Assembly: GCA_030141605.1 (NCBI GenBank)
Contig: JAQGDQ010000079.1
Span: 434,001 to 498,000, forward strand
Length of the DNA stretch: 64,000 nucleotides
Direction: 5' to 3'
Source: Tubiluchus corallicola
Lineage: Eukaryota > Animalia > Priapulida
Shown piece after piece: positions 54,501-64,000 of the stretch. How positions within the stretch are numbered: position 1 is the first letter of the stretch; every line of letters starts with the position of its first letter. The position numbers and the translations under genes are program-made. The notes beneath the pieces were generated by a model. That model was given only the letters and a program-made list of their open reading frames with translations, was not told where the DNA came from and did not search any database.

Positions 54501-57500
54501 CAAAGTAGTTAATTAATGGAACTTGATTGTTTTTGTTTCTAAGCACCAAAGCTATAAAAAAACACATTTGAAATGAATAGCTATAGGTAAAGTAAAACTT
54601 GAGTAAAATTTTCCATCTATCCTTACAAAATGTTATATATATTATTATTTTATATATATTATATTATATTGTGTATATTATACTATATTATAATATAATA
54701 TATATGTATATTATATATATTATTATATATTATTACGATTTCAAAAAGTTTATGTCTTTAGATTGTGCATTAGTCTGGTTGAAATTTTTGATTGATTTTC
54801 CAACTAGATGTATCCTTACCATATGTTTTCCATCATTTCTTGTTGTAAAGATCAATTTTTTACTTTTCATTATACGTTTGTATTTTATCTCTTGCACTTA
54901 CATGTCTAAACTCTGAACATAAATTCTTATGTTATTGTCGTGTATAATCTTGTTTTAATAATTTTACTGTAAATATTAGCTATGCAAATTTTGGCTGCAG
55001 TTTCTGCTATTTTCAAGCCATTTGTAACATATTTCATGCAACAAGGAAAAAGAAATGCTGTGCGTTTTATTGGAATAAAAATATAACTCACAAGTTCTAA
55101 TTTGGATCCTGAGGTTTACCACAAACCAAGAGATAAAGGTCAATATGTACATTATGATTCTCCTGAAGACCAGCAATATTTGATTACATCGGTCCATGCC
55201 ATGAGAAACAGGGCATTCCAAATCGGTAATAGTTGAAATGCAATTACAGCAGAAAATGATACTGTTTGTTTTTTGGTTTTCAAAGACCTGAACCATCTGA
55301 GATAGTTATTTGTTATGTAAGAACATCCGAGAATATGTAAATGCTGAGATGACCACTTTTGCAAATAAAACATCAAATGCTCAGGAGGGAGCTTCAGTCA
55401 CAGTTTTGCCATATAAAAGTCGGATGTGTACAAAAATACTTAGATGAAGGTTGACGGCACTATGTGACAGAATCGGGATATGCATTATTTTTGTGTTTGT
55501 AAGTCGAAAACTGGAAGATTATTTTCGATCAGTTAAAAAGACGTATGAATTGGTAACTTCATCGTCACTCGTGCATTGTTTTAAATATTGTGGTTGTGAA
55601 AACCTCTATGTGGATTACACCACTCGCTACTTGTGTTAGAAAGTTGAGGAACATCAATATTCGGCAGTTGGTATTCAATTGAGAGAATGCACTAGGCTGA
55701 AACCAAACTTGATTCATTTCTCAGTTGTTCAAAACACAATATGCAAAACCAAATTCGAGTGTTTGTTATATGAGACTGTACCTATAAAAAGTGTGAAGAC
55801 AGAGCTGAACAAATAGCTCTCTTTTTTCTATTAAGCTATTCTTATTTTTAAACATGTAGTTATATAGGATGCTTAGGTTCTAGGATGCTGCTTTTAGAAT
55901 GTTAAACATTAATCTTTAGATGCTTGAAAATGGCCAGAGTCTGTGGCCGAAATTTGCAAGGCTATTATTTTTTGTAATGTTAACTTGCTTTAAATTTTTA
56001 TCAAACATTTTAGATTGAATTGCAGCTGTTCCTATTCATTCGATTCATTGACTCTTTGTTTACTTTTGACTATTTCATAATCAAAAAGTAAAGTAAAATT
56101 ATCTTGCTAATGTTAATATTATAAAACAGTATAGAAAAACAATGTCTTTAAGCTAGTAGATTTTTGGTACAGTATCGAATTTTTGTTACCAGCTAATGTG
56201 CATTTCTGCATTTCTAAATTATTATCGTCCTTAAGTTGATGGTGTCTGGGAGCCCTGGTCAGACTGGAGTGAGTGTGAGGTCACATGTGGAGGATCCATA
56301 CAGATGCATGTGCGGGAGTGCTATGGCCCCTTTTATGGTGGCGCAAACTGTACAGGCCCTTATGTAGAAGAGAGAGTGTGCAACGACAATCCTTGCCCAG
56401 GTTTGTGTTGTGTTGTTTTAATCATTATGGAATAGCTAATTGTTTAAAGTGTTCATTATGTTTTTACCTAAAAACACTGCTGCTATCTGAAGTATTGATT
56501 TTATTCATTTAATTTCATACCACTTAGTAATCACAGTTGTTTTTAATTTGTAATCTCAATATGAAGACTATTATGATGAGTGATGATACAAATTAACGAA
56601 ATACTGAACTTCTTTTGCCAGCTATAAGGGATAAACTTTGGACTGTCAAGTTCGCTGGGGAACACAGTAGTTTAGATGGCTGTATTATGAGCAGAAGGTC
56701 CTTGGTTCAAATCCGGACTATGTTTCAACATATCACATTTTCTATTTTTCAAAGCTTGATTTCAAAACTTGATCATTTGTGGACTTGCACCATCATTAAC
56801 AACTGTTCAGGTTTGAAAATTACTCAATTTTATTTTTGATTTTTCAGTTGATGCAGTGTGGCAGCCATGGAGCTCTTGGGGAGAGTGCTCTACTTCCTGC
56901 GGGGGCGGTGAGCAGATACGAATACGTAACTGCACACCACCCCTTCATGGAGGAGATGAATGTACAGGTCCTAGTGAGGAATCAAGAGAATGCAACATGC
57001 ACGAGTGTCCGAGTATGGTGACATATTTTATTATTATATGATTAGGAGAAAAACTATAAATGGTCATTAGGAGAAGTGGCCATAATCAGAAAATCCTTGC
57101 CCGATGCATTATTGCTGTTACTCTGTCACCCAGTAAATTGTGCACAGTGTCCATAAATCTCTGTGAAGTTTGTTAAAATTATGATTTGTGTTTTTGAATG
57201 TGTGTGTTTTTATTCAGTAGTTATTGAAAACATGAAATGCCCACCAGTGCAAAACATTTGCACTGATAAATTTGTTCCACTACTTGATGGTAATATTAAA
57301 TACTCCATATTATTAATGCAACCATTTTATATTATTGTAAGTGAAGTTAGTTTACATAATACTACATGGTGAATTATCGTATCATTATCGTTTAGTATAA
57401 TGTCTTTGCAAGAAACACAGTACTGTACGACAGTAGTTCATGGGATGGGACTGAAATTTTGTTTTTATCATTAAGCTATTGAAAGCTTACTATTGCCTTT

Positions 57501-60500
57501 AATTTTGCCAAACCACAATTAGAACTCCCACACTTATGGCTAATTTCTTACTTCATTTGTTACTATGCATAATGATGTTTCTGGTGTGGCAATAATTTAA
57601 CTAGATTTTGGTACTATTCTTCGCACTATCAAGAACATGTTTTCCTCATTAGGTTGGGCAAGTGGAATTGATGAGGCTTTTAGGATCTACCTCGTAACTG
57701 CCTTTAGTTGTGGAACTATGCGGAACAAAATGAACTTGTGGAACAAAATTTAATTTTCACTTTATAGTATTTTCAGTGATTTATCAACCAAAGTTTATTG
57801 TTTTAGTACTTCTCTCCTTTTGTGTTTGTAGTCTTTGACATTGTGCAATTTGGGTAACAACAGAGTAATCTGACATTAAGCCATTTGTAAAGATCATTTT
57901 ACTTAAGAACATAAAAAATACCTGTAGTCTAAAATAATGCAGGTGAGCTAAAATGAAAGTATAGCGTATTGAAAAACGCAATAGTCCAGTCTAAAATTTG
58001 CTGAAGTCATGCCAAAATTTGTTAAATTAATACAGCAAGTTGTTTCTAAGTCTTCCATATACTATATTGTATAATGATAAAAAAATATTAAGAACATTTT
58101 CACCTAAACATTAGGTGCCTTTAATGCTTTAACTGTATAACTTGAATAGTTGGCATTATTTTTGGCTGAAAAATTACTTTCTTTACAGGACCATATAAGA
58201 AGCAATAGGAAGGCATTTAAGATTTATTTGTAAATTGAAACAGTTATAAAATGGTTGCACTACATGGATTCCATTAAAATTACACTATTCAAAAATTTAT
58301 AAACCACATGGCACTTCGTAAGGGTAGCACATCTTTATTCTTTATGGTGTCCTTCTGTGAGTTCTGTAAAAACATAATTGTGAAAATACCAAATCAGAAA
58401 CATTTAGTCCTCAAATGTTATTTTGTAGACTAAGCAAAAATCTGAAATCTATGCATTAATACCTAATTAAGTCACTTTTTCTTGTCATTTTTTCTAAAAT
58501 TTGATAAAGTAATTTTATAAAATCTAGTGACCTGTCTTGTTTCAGTGAAAAAAATTAAACATATTTTCTTGATACAAATTTTAGGCATAACTGATAAATA
58601 ATGCACAGGATAGAATTTATAATATTTTTAAAATGTGTTTGTATTTTAAATTTTGCAAGACCAGTGCCATGGAGGTGAATATAGCAAAAATAGTTTTAAT
58701 AACTTTGTTCTACAATTATTCTCCCGATAAGGTTTGTTTTGTTTGCTGTTATTCGTACAAGACATTAATCAATGTAGATTAGTGTAACCCTGCTTTGCTC
58801 TCAGTATTCATTATTTAATTGTGATATGATTGATTTGATTCTAAAGCTACATTTCAACCAAAAATTTACCCTTTGCACATGGTGAATTACTTGCATAACT
58901 CTAGTGTACTGCTTCACTTATGTCATACAAAGTGTATGTTCATTTCTTTCTTACACGCGGCAGTACCTTCTTCTTTTCTTATAACCGAACAGACCTTTAG
59001 TAGTTCATTTGACTTATAACAATGAAGTGAGTTAGCTGCATTGTTACAAGCTATAAAGACATTCTGCATGGTGCATGAAGCATACTGTATGCTTCACCTT
59101 GACTCTGTAATTTTTTATGGTTCACGGTGAAGCATATTCAGCTTACTGGGGAGATGCAAGTAGAAACTTGTGCATAATATATGTTTTGTAATTTGATTAC
59201 AACGTTTTGCATAGCAGGTCGGAACAGTGCTGTTGATTAAAGCTGTCCAAGTTTTGGTTTTGTATTAGCAAGACATGTTTTTTACACTTATTATTAACAC
59301 CATCAGATTTATGTAATGGTTTGAATCTACAAAATTGGTTGACAAACTTGCAGTTGATGGGGTTTGGTATGACTGGAGAGAGTGGTCTGAATGTAATGTT
59401 ACTTGTGGAGGTGGATTCAGCTACCGAAACAGATCCTGCAACGGACCATTTTACGGAGGTGCCGATTGTGAGGGAGAAGACCTGCAAACAAAATCATGCA
59501 ATGAACACAACTGTCCAAGTATGAGTTACAGATTTTAATTTCCTGCTGTTAATATGTAGCAAACAATTGAGAGGGCAAGAGAGAGAGAGAGGGGGGAGCG
59601 AGGAAGGGAGGGAGGGAGAGAGAGAGATCATAAGAGCGAAAGCAAGGAAGGGAGGTAGGGTGAAGAGAGCTTAGGACGAAAACTAGCTTGAAGGTTCATA
59701 GGTTGAGAAATGACAGCACTGTGCAAAAAAAGGTTAAGGTTAGAGTCCGTCTTGCTATTTTTCCAGATAGGACTTGAAACCATGATGTGTTTCATGTTTG
59801 GTTAATAAACTGTGGTGAGATAGAATTGCATATCAAGTAATGTGCATAGCCATAGAGTATTGAAGCTAGAACATTGAGAAAATTTTGAAACAATTGCCAA
59901 AAACTGCTATTCTCGCTGTATGTTTGTTGATAGTCAGTCTTTTTTGTCTTGTAAACAAATGAAATCTAAACTTGTGTGAAATGCATTGAATTTGATAATT
60001 TTCCACATGTTTTTGCCACATGTTAACTATTAATAATTGGGCATACGTTAACTTGAGGTCAAAGACTGGTCATTTGAAGGTCACATCAGTCGAAAACTGA
60101 AAAATGTGAAATACATACTATGTTATTGGGCAAAATTTTGTGTATACTGAAGTCTAATCCCATTTTTAGTTTTTTTTTTAATCTCACACATTTTGATTTT
60201 TGCCAAAAAAATTGTAATATACAAAAAGAGGGAGAAGCCAAATGTTTCAACATTAGCAGTCAAGTAAAAAAATGTTCACCAGAAAAAGAGAAAAAGAAAG
60301 AACATAAAAAAAGTAAAATAAAGGAGTCTAACATTGGGACCTTTGTGAAATAAGTTGTTCTGTTGAGCAAGGTACAAAAACATGATTTAGTCACAACTAT
60401 TTCAACCAATATTTTTGCATTTTTAATTTAGTTGATGGTGTTTGGACCAATTGGACTGAATGGACTGAATGTGAAGTCACCTGTGGTGGATCTATACAAC

Positions 60501-60596
60501 ACCGTGAGCGAAATTGCACTGGTCCCTTTTACGGGGGAAACGACTGTGCAGGCAACTACACCGAGCAACGTCCGTGCAATGAAAATCCTTGCCCAA
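36585..60596 (+). CDS. Large secreted/cell-surface multidomain protein, 3'-partial: signal peptide, PAN/apple, EGF-like, 2 TSP1 repeats, SRCR, then at least 13 more TSP1 repeats
   Basis: Exons: 36585-36814 and 36950-37085 (signal peptide + PAN: CARQCLTHDRCRSFNY...CELS); 38363-38495 (EGF-like); 38686-38865 and 39777-39944 (TSR1-2); 40044-40205 and 40869-41018 (SRCR: GEGRVEV...WGQVC...VACRQHG...VQCEGHE...GVACS); then 41496-41666, 42238-42384, 45196-45360, 46648-46812, 48682-48888, 49194-49358, 52356-52520, 53140-53304, 53828-53992, 56236-56400, 56848-57012, 59354-59518 and 60432-60596 (TSR3-15; WxxWxxW, CxxTCG, RxRxC). All introns are GT-AG, the frame is open and no stop is reached. Confidence 0.9.
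39263..39452. mobile_element. PIF/Harbinger (Tourist-like) MITE, 190 bp
   Basis: A perfect 22-bp inverted core, TTCAGACTAGCGAGTTTTCTTG (39271-39292) / CAAGAAAACTCGCTAGTCTGAA (39424-39445), flanked by TAA on both sides. Confidence 0.8.
42790..43000 (-). mobile_element. Possible highly decayed hAT transposase C-terminal (dimerization domain) fragment
   Basis: Minus-strand peptides AFWQTK... and PHDLPASAEQCSA loosely resemble FW...P-x-SSA-x-AER-x-FS. Several stops and frameshifts. Confidence 0.2.
49600..50010 (-). mobile_element. Possible second, very decayed Penelope-like GIY-YIG fragment
   Basis: The minus-strand pieces CGSSRVLHSQKS*GVRL, DHLCFHFTCQDNSSVLGR and ETMYLKHN/EPEL follow the order of PLE endonuclease motifs but are frameshifted. 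Confidence 0.25.
51630..51714. repeat. Near-perfect tandem duplication of ~42 bp
   Basis: tccacaaaaaaattattggtgactgaaataggataaacttg occurs twice; the copies differ only in A-run length. Confidence 0.9.
54630..54735. repeat. AT-rich low-complexity/(TA)n-like tract
   Basis: tatatatattattattttatatatattatattatatt..., which is the source of the I/Y-rich ORF 54599-54916. Confidence 0.8.
55000..55960 (+). mobile_element. Decayed, 5'-truncated Penelope-like retroelement (RT C-terminus/thumb + GIY-YIG endonuclease + 3' pLTR motif)
   Basis: AVRFIGIKI*LTSSNLDPEVYHKPRDKGQYVHYDS...RNRAFQI matches PLE LPFLG...VYRKPTxTGxxLHYxS...LxRA. TVLPYK...VFVSRKL...LVHCFKYCGCENLYVDYTTRYLC*KVEEH...SAVG...CKTKFECLLYETVPIKSVKTELNK* matches PLE GIY-YIG VVYxFxCxxCxxxYVGxTxRxLxxRIxEH...LIYExLxIKxxKPxLN. 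In-frame stops mark it as dead. Confidence 0.85.
55921..55962 (+). ncRNA. Minimal/atypical hammerhead-ribozyme-like motif at the 3' end of the Penelope-like element
   Basis: CTTGAAAAT-GGCCA-gagtctg-TGGCC-GAAA-tttgcaag: a variant core (CUUGAAAA in place of CUGANGA), a 5-bp stem II and the GAAA box, at the position expected for PLE pLTR hammerheads. Confidence 0.45.
58300..58680. mobile_element. Possible degenerate MITE (piggyBac-like ends)
   Basis: The left end aaaccacatggcactt resembles the reverse complement of the right end, tcacctccatggcactg. The flanks resemble but do not match TTAA. Confidence 0.25.
59570..59670. repeat. (GA)n/purine-rich simple repeat
   Basis: gagagagagagaggggggagcgaggaagggagggagggagagagagaga. 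Confidence 0.85.
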
Positions 60597-63500
60597 GTAC
60601 GGAGGGCCTCATTTTCATTTATTTTGCACGTTTTACAGATAATTTTAAAATGTTCACTCTATTGCTTTACTTTCTTATATTATATAACAACTTTCTTTCA
60701 GCACGGACTTTAATTTATTTTTTATTCGTAACCGCTGAGCAGTTCGCGTTTTCAATGAAAATATTTGCAAAGTTTTGACGTCCACGACATATCAGTGGAA
60801 GCTGCGGCAGAAAGCCAAAGTCATTTGCAAGGCCAAGACTGATATACTGGACCTTTCAAAAGTTTGCCTAAAGATTTTCATGTGAAGACTGTACTGCATT
60901 CTCGAATAAATGGTAAGTCACCTTTTATTATTATTAAATTTAGCATTTGTTTTGTATTTATATTTTATAGACTAATAAGCCTTTAATTAGCAGAAAAATA
61001 ATTGAGTGTGTAATTACAATTACAAGTACATTTTGTTTTGCTTTTACAATTGATGTACTGCAAAAATAACTGCGTCAAATGACTAAATCTAGCTCCTTTT
61101 ATGTGAAGAGGTATGTGTGCGTGCGTGCACGCACGCGCGTGTGTATTATATTGTAATTATATATAGTTGTTATGCTACTTGGGCACAGACTAAACTTAGG
61201 CATAAAAGAGAAAATAAGTCCATATTTAGCACCGGCATTACATACCATTCATTTATTAACTAAGCTAATTTGCAACATATTTATTCAGAAGCAATTTGAA
61301 ATGTAATAAGAAGAGTAACAATTTTGCTAATTATTTATGCCAAACAGTAATCAACAGTGGGACTTATGTATTGTTTTTATTGATCAGATGGTGTCACTTT
61401 ATGCAGAAATGTACCATGTCTTGTTTAAGTTGTGCAGTGTAAGCTTAGTAAGTTATTAGTATTGGTCGGAAATATATGAGTACTGGGAATGCATAGATTC
61501 AGACTACGACTACATGGTAATTTTGTCTACTCCTGCCACTAGACCTAAGAATGACTTAGCTTGACCATATTATGTTCATTCAGTTGAAGTGTCATAGGCT
61601 GTTTGTATTTAACTGTATTACTAATAAGTCATGCATGTGGAATGCAGCACACATATAATCATGTATAGTAAGGTTTTTATTTATATGCTAAACTTTACTA
61701 TGCACCAGCATCAAGTCTTTAACAGGGGCATGAAAGATTGTCTTTTGTTTTTGAAAAGTACGCGGTCCACATCGACTTTTGCTAAACTACGATGACAGAT
61801 ATTTTGGGCCTACCTGCCACCTCAACTCTACAAAGATTTTGTCTTTGTAAGTAAAGTTGCTTTGTTTGATTTAACATTGAAATAACTAAATTTACTAAAT
61901 TCGATTCAGATGCTTTTATTGCTTTTGGTGTTAGACTTTCTTTTCTGCTAAGTAGTTGGTATAATTATGGCTTTATATTCACCCATTCTGTTTGACTTGG
62001 TTTGAGAAATTTTTCCAAATTGAGTGAGGCAAATCATTTTTATATATTGATTTTCAATGAATTATTAACCGAAGTTTGAAATCTAATCTGTCTGTAATGA
62101 AAACTCATTCATTGTAAATACCACATTATGTAGCATGATGGCAGTACCAAATACCTTTGCATCTGCAGGTTAGTCTTTTTCGTCCTGATTTTTTTCTCAA
62201 TTACTGGTACAAATAAACAATTAATCACTTGAAAACGTTGTTTTCTCAATCTGCTTAGATTCGCATTGCAGCCATATGACTGCAAGTAGTGTAATTACGC
62301 ACTTGCATTGTTTTTTTAATTCACCTCTAGATGGCAGACAAAGAATTGCTCACTCACCATAGCAATGCCAACTTTAGCAATACCCATTCTGGCAGTGTGA
62401 GTTATAATCTTCAGCAGGACAATGAATGTAGCAGCTGCTTGTTACAAACGCCATGGCAACCTATTGTTCTAGCTAAGCTGTGGCCTGCTGCTGCATGAAA
62501 TTTTACAAATTTTTTTACAAAATATCATTAGGGCATAAAAAGTTTATGTCCAACTTGTGCATAAATAACAAATTCCGATTGGATATTTCATTAGCTATTT
62601 GAAGATGCTGGCTGTTTTTGTTTAAATAGGGAAATAATTTAACTACTTGAGAAAAATCCGCCAGTATCCCATGAAAAACGCTTCATTTACTGAACACAGC
62701 AGCATAAAATACTTAATAAATTTACTGAAAATGCACAAAACCCAGAAATGATTGTGACACAAAAATGTGATCATTACAAAGCTTAAGAACCAGTTTTAAT
62801 AGATCCGTTACCTGTTTTTTCCTGCAACTACTCATTTTTACCAATTTAACGAATATTGTGTAAAAAGTGAAATTTCTCAACGGCCAGCAAGTTAATCAGG
62901 CACAACAATGAAACTTGCAATTACACTATTTGCAGTTGCATGAGTTTATTGCAAATGGAATCTTTGAAAACTGACTTTATCATTGCAATCAAGTGCCTTG
63001 TGGTGTGTGAATAATTAGTGCAAAATAAGTGTGCGTATTTACAAAAATCTGAGTTTTACCAGAAATCAACTGCTCTTTTTGAATTGAAAAGCTGAAAATG
63101 CCTTCTTGTGACAGTAATGAGACTGGAACAAAATTCGCAAAAAAGCTCTGAAGATGCAGAACTTCCGGCACATCAGACAGACAATTTTAATAGCTCCTTC
63201 TTTCCTCCATTTTTAAATGAACCTCTTTGAATACAATTGAGCCTTGCTACTAATCTCTGACCTCGTAAATACTCTCACTCTGATGACAGTGACAAGATCT
63301 TTCTAATGTGTTAACAAATTAAAATGTATGTTAATGATGACATCTTGTAATGGGCAAATGCAGGCTCTGCTGAAAGATTTATCCTGTTATGTATCCTTGG
63401 AATATTGCTACTTTAGAGTGGTGCTGAAACCACTGTAAAGGTGAAATGCCTGCTGATAAAATGTTCATAAAATATATAAAAATGTGCATTTTTCTTGTCA

Positions 63501-64000
63501 TGCCTCTCACCAGTCTTTGCATATGAAGACTCTGAAATGCATGCAAAAGCTAGCATGAACTGATCAGATGATGCAAAAACACAAGAGTTTTGACAGGCAT
63601 GGTAAACTGAAATTTGACCACCATTTTTGTCGAAACCAGTGGGAAAGGATCCTCTAAAAATTGGCAGTTACTAAGGTTAGCCATAACCACTTTTAAAGTT
63701 CATATATTAGCTAAAAGTGAACAAAATAAAAGTGTTTTTGTGTGTGCCAGATACTTTTCAAGCCTTTTACAAACTCTGAGTACCTTTGAAATTTATCACC
63801 TTAACTGCTTTTAATGGCCAAGTACAGTCATGCAATTTCATCAGTTTTAAAATGATATGATGCTAACATGTCAATTTTTTATACAGACAGATAGTTCAGT
63901 AATACTATTTTGCTCACCATCATTCATGGTGTTTGTGGATTTGGTTTGGTATCCAGGTCAAGCTAAAAATGTTAAAATATCGTCTTTCTGTCAGCCATTG

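Noticed and set aside
45196-60596. Regularly recurring AGTTGATGG motif as a CRISPR-like or dispersed regulatory repeat
   Set aside because: It is the splice acceptor plus the V-D-G codons of the duplicated TSR exons. The context is eukaryotic and no cas genes are present.
62331-62500. Possible terminal exon of the TSR gene (ctctAG|ATGGCAGA...) or a 55-aa ORF
   Set aside because: Phase-1 reading gives only NGRQRIAHSP* with no domain support. The gene more probably continues beyond the window.

Overview
AT-rich, intron-rich eukaryotic DNA from an animal. It looks like an invertebrate bilaterian, but the taxon cannot be fixed from the sequence alone. Four spliced genes were reconstructed by hand from GT-AG boundaries and frame continuity. 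(1) A 5-exon, 281-aa gene (+, 2199-6565) encodes a bacterial-type PhnD/phosphonate-binding-protein homologue with no signal peptide. (2) RPL37 (-, 9007-12721, 4 exons) has a candidate intronic C/D snoRNA. (3) The Ca2+-binding mitochondrial aspartate/glutamate carrier aralar/SLC25A12-13 (+, 12994-32309, 18 exons) sits head-to-head with RPL37. (4) The 5' part of a large secreted or cell-surface protein (+, from 36585, probably continuing past the window) has the architecture signal peptide-PAN/apple-EGF-TSR-TSR-SRCR-(TSR)13+, built largely from symmetric phase-1 exons. Introns carry several MITEs (hAT-, PIF/Harbinger- and Tc1/pogo-like, plus foldbacks), a decayed Penelope-like retroelement (RT thumb + GIY-YIG) with a hammerhead-like motif, LINE/SINE relics and simple repeats. 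The most notable item is the intron-containing, apparently cytosolic animal PhnD-like gene. Most ORFs in the supplied track are spurious intronic ORFs or exon read-throughs. Family assignments come from recalled motifs, not database searches.
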